Positions 13,892 to 22,804 of a stretch of 32,000 nucleotides of DNA are shown here, piece by piece. The position numbers were made by a program, and so were the translations under genes. Source of the stretch: Patescibacteria group bacterium (GTDB lineage: Bacteria; Patescibacteriota; Patescibacteriia; 2-01-FULL-39-33). The stretch spans positions 1 to 32,000 of the forward strand of contig JBAZRV010000004.1 in the NCBI GenBank assembly GCA_041662745.1, in the 5' to 3' direction. The notes below the pieces were generated by a model. The model saw only the letters and a program-made list of their open reading frames with translations, was not told the origin of the DNA and did no database searches. Positions within the stretch are counted from its first letter, which is position 1, and each line of letters opens with the position of its first letter.

Positions 13892-14451
13892 TTAGCTTGG
13901 TTTACCAACCATTCCGTGCCCGATTTGATGAAATTAAGCTGTAAATTACGATAATAAACATTAGGCGTAATGCCATCGCCGCTGGTCTGTGAAACTTGAG
14001 TTTTCACTACTACCGTCGCCGAGTCTGTTTTGACGCTTTGCAAATCGGCAGAAAGCGCCTTAACCGAGTAACCGGAAAAACCGGCAGCGCCGATAACCGG
14101 AGATTGAGCTAAAGACGCCTTATACATTGTCGGGGTCATTAACGATTCCAAATCCTTGATATTCTTTTGCGGTTCATCAGTGGAATAACTGCCATAACGT
14201 TCGGCAAAAGACATGGCTAACTGCTTTAGTCCGATAGGATATTGGTTTTCCTGCTCCAATCGCTCCGGTGGCGTAGCCGGCAGACCGAAGGCGGCGGCGT
14301 TACCGCTCGTTTCTACCTGCGGCGTAGATCCGGGCTGTTGATTTACCGGCGTTTTTTGCGGTCTGAAGACTAACCACAAAACTATAATTAATGCTACCGC
14401 TATGGCAACAGCCAAAATAATTAACACTACTCGTCGTCGATCTTCAAACAT
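13882..14451 (-). CDS. bitopic membrane protein (189 aa), possible VirB8/TcpC-like T4SS subunit
   Basis: It has a single N-terminal TM helix (VVLIILAVAIAVALIIVLWLVF) and a ~150-aa beta-rich C-terminal domain ending YYRNLQLNFIKSGTEWLVNQAKWQ, which has an NTF2-like feel. The function is inferred from context only. Confidence 0.6.
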   Translation of the reverse strand: MFEDRRRVVLIILAVAIAVALIIVLWLVFRPQKTPVNQQPGSTPQVETSGNAAAFGLPATPPERLEQENQYPIGLKQLAMSFAERYGSYSTDEPQKNIKDLESLMTPTMYKASLAQSPVIGAAGFSGYSVKALSADLQSVKTDSATVVVKTQVSQTSGDGITPNVYYRNLQLNFIKSGTEWLVNQAKWQ

Positions 14452-14495
14452 ATGGAAAATTAGATTATTTTATCTATAATAATAATTGAATATCG

Positions 14496-16400
14496 CTAAT
14501 TGTTCTGCGATAGCATTGCCTCAGCAAATTCCTTCTTGGCCGCTTCAATTTCCAACAACTGCCGCGGATCGGAAGTAATCAACTGATCTTCAGAATATGA
14601 GGCCACCACTTTAACGGCCACGTGTTTGGCGCCGGCAAAGAAAATACCTTCGCCCACCGCGCTTTCCAACAACAAATATTTTTCTCCTTCAGTCAATAAA
14701 AAGGTCTTTTGCACCAAATCAATGGCCGCCGGAGACTGCTTAAGCAATAATTGAAGGGCGGAATTATTGACAATGGCCTGGCCATAAGGAGAGGTCAAAA
14801 AATCATTAACATCCTGAGTGATGGTCGTAACGCCCAAATAATATTTGCGGCAACGTTTGACCAGAGCAAAAATGAATTTGGCTGAATCTTCGCGCTGCAT
14901 CAGCCACCAAGCTTCATCTACCACTAAAATCCTCTTTTTCATTTCGGAACGGACAATATTCCAAATATAATTGACAATAGTATAGATTGCCAGCGGCTTA
15001 AGCTCATCTTCCAAATCACGGACGGAAAAAACCACCAGCTGATTATTTAATTGGACGTTTGTCGGATGATTAAGCAGGCCGGAAAAAGTGCCTTCAGTAT
15101 ATTTTTTAAGGCGCAAAACAATACTGCTGCCGCCCTCCATACCTTCCAAAATATCCTGAAAATCCTGCATGATAGGCGGTTCCACCGAACGCAAATCAGC
15201 ATCGGGAGTGATGTCTTTCTTGGCATAAGTTTCCAACAATGCGCGATCAATAATGGAATCCTCCTCCGGCGTAACATCGCCGATCATTAATCGCACTAAC
15301 CCCTTAACGGTAATAACGGCATTGCGGATAATATCTGCCGGTTTGGCGTCTTCACCGATAGCCCGAGGCAAGTCAAAGGGATTGATTTTGCCCTCAGAAT
15401 TAAGCGAAATATCGATGTAAGTGCCGCCAACGGCTTCACACAGGTGATTATACTCCCGTTCCGGATCAATAATGATCACATCGGTTCCAAACATCATGCT
15501 GCGCAAAACTTCCAATTTGATCGTATATGACTTGCCGGCGCCGGAAGTGGCAAACACCACGGAATTGGCATTCTGCAAGGAGAAACGATCAAACAGGATT
15601 AAACTGTTATTGTGGCGGTTAATGCCATACAAGATGCCGTGATCGGAAGTCAAATCCGAGGATACGAACGGAAAAGAAGACGCGGCCGGCGAAGAGTTTA
15701 GATTGATATAGACTTGAAGTTCATCATACGCCATGGGCAAGGTAGAATTAAATCCTTGCTCAGCCTGATAAAACACTCGGCGAGAAAAAATCAGAGTGCC
15801 GCCGAAAAAGTTCTCAATGCGTTCCGAAGTTTTGTCCAATTCCTCCAATGTCTTGGCATATAAAGTCACATACAAAGAAAATTGAAAAAAATGCTCAATA
15901 CCTTGAGTCAGATCATCGCGCAATTTCTCCATATCGCGCAAAGCGGTTTCAGACAAAGGATCGCGGGGCGCTCCCTTTTCCGCCGCGCCGATAATCGTCG
16001 CTTCCAACACGCCGACTTTTTTCTTTAATTGCTTCAAAATGACCGCGGCTTTAACCGGAAAAAAATACATGGCCATGTCCGCCTCAATATCCATATTGAT
16101 AATCGGCGCAAACCAGCCGACGGCGATATAGCGAGGATATTCAAAAACAAAAATCGTCCGAATATAAAGCTCGCCCAACCTGATATGATCGGAATTAACC
16201 TCCAAGGCGGCCGGAGCAATCAAATCCCGGACAGAAACGACGCCGCGCCGATAAATTCTCTCCTCCTCCAACACTTCGCGCGCCGTTTGCAACTCCTTAA
16301 CTTCCGCTTGTTTCTTCTGCTGTTGCGTTGGCGGCGGCGGCGGAGCATAACCGACTGAAGCCGGGGTTGTTTGCTTATTGATATCTTCTGGAGTAAACAT
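14496..16400 (-). CDS. virB4: VirB4/TrsE/TraC-type type IV secretion ATPase (634 aa)
   Basis: Walker A is VFATSGAGKSYT and Walker B is ILVVDEAWWLM. The N-terminal region (ELYIRTIFVFEYPRYIAVGWFAPIINMD) is typical of the VirB4 family. Confidence 0.85.
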   Translation of the reverse strand: MFTPEDINKQTTPASVGYAPPPPPTQQQKKQAEVKELQTAREVLEEERIYRRGVVSVRDLIAPAALEVNSDHIRLGELYIRTIFVFEYPRYIAVGWFAPIINMDIEADMAMYFFPVKAAVILKQLKKKVGVLEATIIGAAEKGAPRDPLSETALRDMEKLRDDLTQGIEHFFQFSLYVTLYAKTLEELDKTSERIENFFGGTLIFSRRVFYQAEQGFNSTLPMAYDELQVYINLNSSPAASSFPFVSSDLTSDHGILYGINRHNNSLILFDRFSLQNANSVVFATSGAGKSYTIKLEVLRSMMFGTDVIIIDPEREYNHLCEAVGGTYIDISLNSEGKINPFDLPRAIGEDAKPADIIRNAVITVKGLVRLMIGDVTPEEDSIIDRALLETYAKKDITPDADLRSVEPPIMQDFQDILEGMEGGSSIVLRLKKYTEGTFSGLLNHPTNVQLNNQLVVFSVRDLEDELKPLAIYTIVNYIWNIVRSEMKKRILVVDEAWWLMQREDSAKFIFALVKRCRKYYLGVTTITQDVNDFLTSPYGQAIVNNSALQLLLKQSPAAIDLVQKTFLLTEGEKYLLLESAVGEGIFFAGAKHVAVKVVASYSEDQLITSDPRQLLEIEAAKKEFAEAMLSQNN

Positions 16401-16404
16401 AAAG

Positions 16405-17088
16405 TTAAACGAAATCCTCGGTTCTTAATTTGTTAACATCGACCAATTTCTCACTGCGGGAAACCGTCGGATTATAAGTATTATAAAAAACCTCAATTAA
16501 CGACTGGGTGTCTAAAACTTGGGCTCGCAAACCGATACTGGCCAAACCCGTTAAAACTTTATCCACGATAGTCAACAGTTCCCGCTGTCTTTGCATGAAT
16601 TGTTTCTGTCCCAAAGATAGGATCTTGGTCGGCGACAGAACATCACCGCCCCTTTGCCAGAAGCTCCTGGTTTTTGAACGGAAGGGTTCATAAGGAACTA
16701 CGACCAAAAAACGCTTTGTCATAATATTTCCCAATTCTACCAATTCGGTGACATATTGCCGATACTCGGCCATTTGCATCTTTAATAAGTCATTGGTCTG
16801 TTTGACCTCGGCGTCTTTCAAAAATTCCAAATACGATTCCAAATCCAATTGCCGTGACTGGATAATGATCTGCAATGGCATATCCAAAGAATTCAAGAAA
16901 CTGACATAACCGGAAATAATGGCGTTCTGTTCATCCTCGGACTTAAGCGCGAAATTAATTGAAGACACCAAAATCACCGATCGCAAAGTGCCGTTTTTCA
17001 TAACAATGGTATCATCCCTGATCTCCGCTATCTGTAAATATTTCTGAGTTGAGGGAGTGGCTTTTGTGGCTTGCCGATTTTTAGCCAT
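16405..17088 (-). CDS. hypothetical protein resembling the N-terminal (pre-ATPase) module of Gram-positive VirB4/TrsE proteins (227 aa)
   Basis: From the ATG at 17088 it reads MAKNRQ...LQIAEIRDDTIVMKNGTLRSVILVSSINFALKSEDEQNAIISGYVSFLNSL. The longest ORF (to 17187) would overlap the upstream gene by 53 nt. Confidence 0.6.
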   Translation of the reverse strand: MAKNRQATKATPSTQKYLQIAEIRDDTIVMKNGTLRSVILVSSINFALKSEDEQNAIISGYVSFLNSLDMPLQIIIQSRQLDLESYLEFLKDAEVKQTNDLLKMQMAEYRQYVTELVELGNIMTKRFLVVVPYEPFRSKTRSFWQRGGDVLSPTKILSLGQKQFMQRQRELLTIVDKVLTGLASIGLRAQVLDTQSLIEVFYNTYNPTVSRSEKLVDVNKLRTEDFV

Positions 17089-17134
17089 AAGATAAAATCT
17101 TCTATTTATGGTCCATCGGTTGACGGACTTATTC

Positions 17135-17584
17135 TTAACTTTGATTATTGATCCCATTCTCCCCTTGGTACACGCCTCCGGTATCAATGACCAAGGCGAT
17201 TTCTGACAAGCGGGACTTGCTGACGGGTTGACGCGCCGCCATTCTAACTGCCGGCTTTTCTTCTTTAGGCTTGGCCAAATCAGCCCTTATTTCATCTAAG
17301 GTAAAAAATTTACGCCAAACCTTGAGTTTAGGATTCTTTAAAGTTTGAAAAAAGTTAAGCAAAAATAAATGAAAGGGTTGGCCGTTTATCTTGGCAAAAG
17401 CGATAATCAGGGTTAGAGCCAAAACCGCCAAGCCGGAAACGGCGAATAAAGAAAAATCAAATATCCTATAAAAAATCACGATGATCAATCCGCCGACAAT
17501 AAGTTCAATGAACTGACGGACGGAAACCGGTCCGATAATCTTATCTTCAACATCCAAAAATTGTGGCACTACCACCTGTTGCAT
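17135..17584 (-). CDS. PrgI-family (VirB3-like) small membrane protein (149 aa)
   Basis: The N-terminus is VPQFLDVEDKIIGPVSVRQFIELIVGG, followed by two hydrophobic helices. This is the characteristic PrgI-family signature, and it sits upstream of VirB4. Confidence 0.6.
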   Translation of the reverse strand: MQQVVVPQFLDVEDKIIGPVSVRQFIELIVGGLIIVIFYRIFDFSLFAVSGLAVLALTLIIAFAKINGQPFHLFLLNFFQTLKNPKLKVWRKFFTLDEIRADLAKPKEEKPAVRMAARQPVSKSRLSEIALVIDTGGVYQGENGINNQS

Positions 17585-17586
17585 AA

Positions 17587-18999
17587 TTAGTAGCGTAAAT
17601 TGCGATTAAGTTCCATAACGGCATGGAATTCGTCAAGCGACAAGGTCGGCTTGCCGGCGGTTAAGCGTTCTTTGATTACCATTTCTATATCTTTGCCCTC
17701 AGCCATGGCCGCTTGCCCCAACAAACGATAAAACTTACTGACTTCATTTTTGTGCCAAGCCGCTATGCCCTCAATTTTCTTGCCAAAATATTCTTTCTCC
17801 AACAAGTCAATTTTTTCTTTAAGCTTGGCTGTTACGACCTTCGGATCGGGAGACAGGCGTCGAAAATCAATCAAGGTCATATTCTCCAACTCCTCAATCG
17901 GTCCCATTAGTTTTTTATTGAACTTTACATCGTCCAAATTCGGTCGGCTGGTCGGTCGTGGCAGAGCCAAATTGCCAGCCAAAGTTTCTTTCGTTGCAAA
18001 CGGCTGAGGTTGCGGCAAAGGCAAATCCTTAACTACCTTAAGTTTAACATCTTGCGCGCTTGGGGGCAATTGTGTTTCTTTTTTTATCGTCTTAGACAGA
18101 GGCGTTAAACCGATTTTTTTCTCTAAAATTTCAGAATCATCGCGCGGTTTGACCATCAAATCATCAGGTATCCGGATTACCGGCAAACCGTCTTCCATTT
18201 CTATGGTCAGGGCGGAACTGTTAGCTTGCGGCTTAGCGGTAACCGTCATGACCGCTTCGTTTTCCCCGTCTTCCGTCAAATCATCCGGTGATTCTCCGGA
18301 GGCGGGCGCGGGACTAACCGGCCCTGCTGGTCCGGCGGCAACCGCTTTAATGATCTTTAACATCCGATCAGCATCGGCTTCCGAAAAATCCATTCCCCCG
18401 ACTTTGCGGCTCTTCATCAAGTTCTCCTTGGTTTCCATTTCGTCTCGAACATCTTTTAGCCGAGCGATAATAATTGAGCCCAAACGCTTAACCATTACCT
18501 CGTCAGCGGCCGGGTAACCGAATGACAAAACAATAGAAGTGGCGGCTTCAGTATAATCAATAGTCCTCGGCGACGCCTTGACTGCTTGAGTGTATTTTTT
18601 AATTTCCTCTTCATCCTCGCGGGAAAAAGTTATAACGGTGGAATTCTTTGGTTTATTTAACGCTTCAGGCTGAAACTTTCTATCAACATCCATTAAAGAA
18701 GGAGCGACTGGGGCCTTCCCGGCCGGCCGGCCGTAATATCCGACTTCATTCACTACCTCCCTAACGCCGTTAGCTACCTGATGCGCCAAAAAATCATTAA
18801 AACCGTAATCGATTTTTAGTTTGTCCGCCAGGACATCGGTCGTCACTTCGCCCAAAAAAATACTGACCACTAAAGACGTGGATTTAATGCCGAATTTTTC
18901 ATCCAAAGCATCCAGCTTATCCAATATCTCGTCCGTGGATAACTTATCCTTGACTGTCGGCGGCAATGATTTAAGTTTATTTAAATATTCTTGAGGCAT
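17587..18999 (-). CDS. hypothetical protein (470 aa) with central Pro-rich linker
   Basis: It lies 2 nt from the downstream gene. It has a low-complexity AAGPAGPVSPAPASGESPDD segment and a conserved-looking C-terminus (DFRRLSPDP...AWHKNEVSKFYRLLGQ...LSLDEFHAVMELNRNLRY). Confidence 0.7.
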   Translation of the reverse strand: MPQEYLNKLKSLPPTVKDKLSTDEILDKLDALDEKFGIKSTSLVVSIFLGEVTTDVLADKLKIDYGFNDFLAHQVANGVREVVNEVGYYGRPAGKAPVAPSLMDVDRKFQPEALNKPKNSTVITFSREDEEEIKKYTQAVKASPRTIDYTEAATSIVLSFGYPAADEVMVKRLGSIIIARLKDVRDEMETKENLMKSRKVGGMDFSEADADRMLKIIKAVAAGPAGPVSPAPASGESPDDLTEDGENEAVMTVTAKPQANSSALTIEMEDGLPVIRIPDDLMVKPRDDSEILEKKIGLTPLSKTIKKETQLPPSAQDVKLKVVKDLPLPQPQPFATKETLAGNLALPRPTSRPNLDDVKFNKKLMGPIEELENMTLIDFRRLSPDPKVVTAKLKEKIDLLEKEYFGKKIEGIAAWHKNEVSKFYRLLGQAAMAEGKDIEMVIKERLTAGKPTLSLDEFHAVMELNRNLRY

Positions 19000-19006
19000 A
19001 ATAATT

Positions 19007-19531
19007 TTAATTTCCTGCTAACTGTTGGCTCTTTAGGTATTCGTCCAACTCCTGCCGGCTAACGCCCAATTCTTCCAACAGCAGACGGCGCTCCAAGCCG
19101 GAAATAGTTGACCAATCATACCTGCTTAACATATCGCTCCGACTATTAACCGATTCAACCGGAGCAGGTATAACCGATACTGCCGAATCATTCTCAATTT
19201 CTCTGGAAGTGTCATTATCCGCAGTTAAAAAATCCTTGGATTGCAACCCCTCAATAAAGGCGTCAATATCGCCAAGATCATCCTGAAAATCCCTAAAACG
19301 ATTTTTGGCTATTTCCAAAGCCAAACGCCGCTTAGTGCCATTACTTTGGATAACTGCCTTTTGTAATGCCAACCAAAATTCATTCAAATCAATATCACCC
19401 CAAATAACTTGGCCGATTAAATCCATAACCGCATAAATCTCAGAATCAGATAACTGAAAAGAGCCAAGCCAAGGATTTAACTGCTTTAACTCGTTAATTG
19501 TGCCCAGTTCATTTACCTGTTGGGTAACCAT
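19007..19531 (-). CDS. hypothetical protein (174 aa)
   Basis: It is tightly packed in the operon, with 3-nt and 7-nt gaps to its neighbours. I recognise no motif. Confidence 0.65.
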   Translation of the reverse strand: MVTQQVNELGTINELKQLNPWLGSFQLSDSEIYAVMDLIGQVIWGDIDLNEFWLALQKAVIQSNGTKRRLALEIAKNRFRDFQDDLGDIDAFIEGLQSKDFLTADNDTSREIENDSAVSVIPAPVESVNSRSDMLSRYDWSTISGLERRLLLEELGVSRQELDEYLKSQQLAGN

Positions 19532-19534
19532 ATT

Positions 19535-22500
19535 TTATATTTCCTCCTCAAAATTTCCACCCTTTTTACCGCCTTTAATCGCCCGGGCCTTTTTGTCCCA
19601 ATCGGTCGGCTTAAATTTCGGACGGTCTTCGTTAATATCCACAAAATAATTCTCATTCTGCTTCAAAAAATCTTCAATCGCATCATTTATTTTCTTTCTT
19701 TCTCCTACCCTACCGCTAACCTGATCGCCTCTCAATTCCAGCTGTCTCTGCATCAACGTATTAATTTCATTTTGCGATGTTGGATCTCTTTTTGCTCGCA
19801 GACTTGCCAAATTTTTCTCTATTTGCTCATCTTCGGATCTTAATTTTTTAGCTTGATCAATCAAATCCTTATATCCGATTTTCACCGGATCATTCTCCGC
19901 TTCGTCAAGAATCCTTTGTTTAACTCCTTTTATCAACTCATTATTATTGCCTCTTGCGCCAATTACCCGCAAAGTATTAACATCCATGCCGCGCGCCACC
20001 GCTTTCTGATCAACGTCTGACAAACTGCCCCACTTGATTTTTTCCGCGTCTTCTGCCTTAAGCGATCCGATAACATTTGATTTATTTTCCGCATTAACTC
20101 GGTCAGAAATACCCTCAAAAGAACCCTTGGACAACACATATTTTTTTATCATTTCCTCGGCATCCCTCAGATTCTTTGATGCTTGGTCAACAGCCTGCTG
20201 AGCGGCGCCCCTATTCTCCTCAGTGGCATCATTTAATCCTTTTCTAGCATCCGCCAATTCAGAGTTCAATCGGCTAAAATCATAAGGATCAACGCTGCTG
20301 CCATTGCCAATAATCGCTTCTTTAAGAGCATTATCAATTTTATCTTTATGCTCCTTACTGCGATCACCGAATTTTTCCTGCAGCTCCTTGGGCGAAGCCA
20401 GATCGCCAAAATCACGCATAAAGTCTGCTGTCATGCCATCAACATGCATATTCTCCAAAACCTTATTGCGATTTTCGCTGAAATATTTACGAGCCTTTTC
20501 TTTTTGTTCCGGATCGCTGCGATCATAGGCTTTGGCCACGTCATATTTCGTTGATAAATATTCTTTACGCGAATCTTCATCATAAATAACCTTACCGCTG
20601 GCATCAGTAATATTATTGCCCTGCGCATCTTTTTTAGCAAAAGACATATGAGAAACTCCAGACCAAATATCCTTCTTGATCTCTGAAGACATGGCCTTGT
20701 CTAATTTAGATAAATCACCGGCACCATGCTTCATTAAGAACTTAGCCAACGTATCGTCAAATCCTCCGGCACTATCTTTTTTACCGCCTAATGCTTCATT
20801 AAGATTAGTTAAGGTGGCTGAATCCATACTGCCCATGATCTTGTTTAAGTCAATCTTATCGGTCTTAAGATCCGACTCCAGTTTTTCAAGATTAATCTTG
20901 CCCTCCTTGGCGTACATGGTATTCATGGCCAAATTGGGATTATATTTTCTCAGATTATCATCAAATTCCTTACCTAATTCTGTTCCGGTCAAAGCGGTGC
21001 GCGCCTGATTAATCAAATCAATATTATTACGCTTTTTACTTTCATCAATTTCATCATCCCTAATTAGACCCTTCTTCATCAAGGTTTGAGTAGCGGCAAT
21101 TTTTTCATATTTAGTACCGCCGGAAGCCAAATTACGCAATTGATTCTCATTCTTCTTATCAATCTTAGCTCCTCCCGCCACCGCCCTGATGCTTTCATTA
21201 AATCTTTTGGTCGTACCCGCTTCCAGAGACGCCATTTTGCCGCCTAAAGCTTCGCGCGCAAAGGGTATATTCTTGCCACCGGCTTGATAAAGTCCAGAAT
21301 ATAACCTTTGTCTAACGCCTAATCTATCGTCAACGGCCGTGCCGATTGCTCCCGGAGCTTTTTTAGCTGCGGTTTTAGCCAAATTAAGGCCGCTGAAACG
21401 TTTGCCCTGCTTAGTCAAAAATTTCATGCCCGCACCGGCCCAGGAACTGCCGGCCGTGCCGAGTTTTTGACCGATAATGAGAGAGCCGACGAGCAAACCG
21501 ATCAGCAAACCGAAGTTAATTATTTTTTCTACCGTACCCATTTTTGACAAGGCAAGAACAGTGGACTCATTACTGGCGCTACTGGCGCTTAGTCCGGCGG
21601 CCGCAGTCCCTTCTTGTTGTAATGCCGCACTGCCGCCGACGCCGGTAGTCTGTAAATCATAAGAAATCGTATCATCAAAACGCCCGTCATTCCCAAGGTC
21701 TTTAAGCGTAGTCAAAGAGACATAAATAAAAAACATCATAGCCGGGCCAACGATCAAATATTTTACCAAATCGCCAAGAACCTGGCCGGTATATTTGCTA
21801 GCGGCCGGAAAGGCCAAGCCAAAAAAATATAAAGGCGATAAGACCACCAAAAACAGCATATAAACTATGCGGTACATCAAAACGGCGGTAATGCAAAAGA
21901 TTACGACCAAAGCGACAAAAGTAAAAATAGTCGCAAACAGCATAGCCGCAACCAAGTTCCAAGTGCTGAACCCGGTGTCAGTCAGCTGGTCAGCTACGCC
22001 GTTCAAAGACATTAAATCAGGCAAACCTAAAGCGTTTAAAATCACGTTATAGCCGGTGCTTTGCGCCAGTGGCGCGGCAAAAGTCAACATCAGAATCTGC
22101 GAGGCGTCAATCATTAAGCCGAAAAACATCTTAGAAAAGTTTATCAGTATCGCCGCCACCAGAATCTTAGGCATCATAGTGCGGAAATCATAATTTTTCT
22201 GATGTAAAATCGTACCGACCGCCGAGACTAAAAGCAAAATAATGAAAAAATTATTACAAACATCCCTGATAACGGTCCAACCGATAGTAACCACTTTGTG
22301 ATTGGTAAAATTATTGAAAGTGGCAACAGCCAGCATGGCTTTAGTAACCAAAATCAAAATCCAACCCAAGCCGTAAGTCAAACCATAAAGTATCCAAGTC
22401 AACATGCGGGCGATGACGTCAGAAAGAGTGGATTGAGCCTCTGTCCTTCTCCCTGCAGTTGCTTGCGTTACAGATTCGCCAGATTCAGGATTAACTAAAT

Positions 22501-22777
22501 TACCATTCTCATCGGCGGGCATAGCCGTATCTTCGCCTTTCCCGGCAGGATTTACTAAATAATATTCGGGCGGATTACCAAACTGCCAGACTTGATATTC
22601 TATGTTTTCACTGTCAGTCAGTCGTATTCTTTTATCTGTTAATTGTCCTCCACTTGTTATATAACTATTAGTATATGCATAAGAATAATTAGCAGAAATG
22701 CCTAAAACTCCGCCACCTACTAAGGCGGCTAACAATAAAGTTACAATTATTCTTTTGTACTTTTGATAAAACATCAC
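19535..22777 (-). CDS. VirB6/TrbL-like polytopic membrane protein with ~600-aa charged C-terminal extension (1080 aa)
   Basis: An N-terminal signal/TM segment is followed by at least six hydrophobic helices in aa ~130-470 (for example LVAAMLFATIFTFVALVVIFCITAVLMYRIVYMLFLVVLSPLYFFGLAF). A K/D/E-rich region follows that looks largely helical. Confidence 0.55.
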   Translation of the reverse strand: MMFYQKYKRIIVTLLLAALVGGGVLGISANYSYAYTNSYITSGGQLTDKRIRLTDSENIEYQVWQFGNPPEYYLVNPAGKGEDTAMPADENGNLVNPESGESVTQATAGRRTEAQSTLSDVIARMLTWILYGLTYGLGWILILVTKAMLAVATFNNFTNHKVVTIGWTVIRDVCNNFFIILLLVSAVGTILHQKNYDFRTMMPKILVAAILINFSKMFFGLMIDASQILMLTFAAPLAQSTGYNVILNALGLPDLMSLNGVADQLTDTGFSTWNLVAAMLFATIFTFVALVVIFCITAVLMYRIVYMLFLVVLSPLYFFGLAFPAASKYTGQVLGDLVKYLIVGPAMMFFIYVSLTTLKDLGNDGRFDDTISYDLQTTGVGGSAALQQEGTAAAGLSASSASNESTVLALSKMGTVEKIINFGLLIGLLVGSLIIGQKLGTAGSSWAGAGMKFLTKQGKRFSGLNLAKTAAKKAPGAIGTAVDDRLGVRQRLYSGLYQAGGKNIPFAREALGGKMASLEAGTTKRFNESIRAVAGGAKIDKKNENQLRNLASGGTKYEKIAATQTLMKKGLIRDDEIDESKKRNNIDLINQARTALTGTELGKEFDDNLRKYNPNLAMNTMYAKEGKINLEKLESDLKTDKIDLNKIMGSMDSATLTNLNEALGGKKDSAGGFDDTLAKFLMKHGAGDLSKLDKAMSSEIKKDIWSGVSHMSFAKKDAQGNNITDASGKVIYDEDSRKEYLSTKYDVAKAYDRSDPEQKEKARKYFSENRNKVLENMHVDGMTADFMRDFGDLASPKELQEKFGDRSKEHKDKIDNALKEAIIGNGSSVDPYDFSRLNSELADARKGLNDATEENRGAAQQAVDQASKNLRDAEEMIKKYVLSKGSFEGISDRVNAENKSNVIGSLKAEDAEKIKWGSLSDVDQKAVARGMDVNTLRVIGARGNNNELIKGVKQRILDEAENDPVKIGYKDLIDQAKKLRSEDEQIEKNLASLRAKRDPTSQNEINTLMQRQLELRGDQVSGRVGERKKINDAIEDFLKQNENYFVDINEDRPKFKPTDWDKKARAIKGGKKGGNFEEEI

Positions 22778-22804
22778 AAAAATCTAATGAATAAAATGGA
22801 TAAG

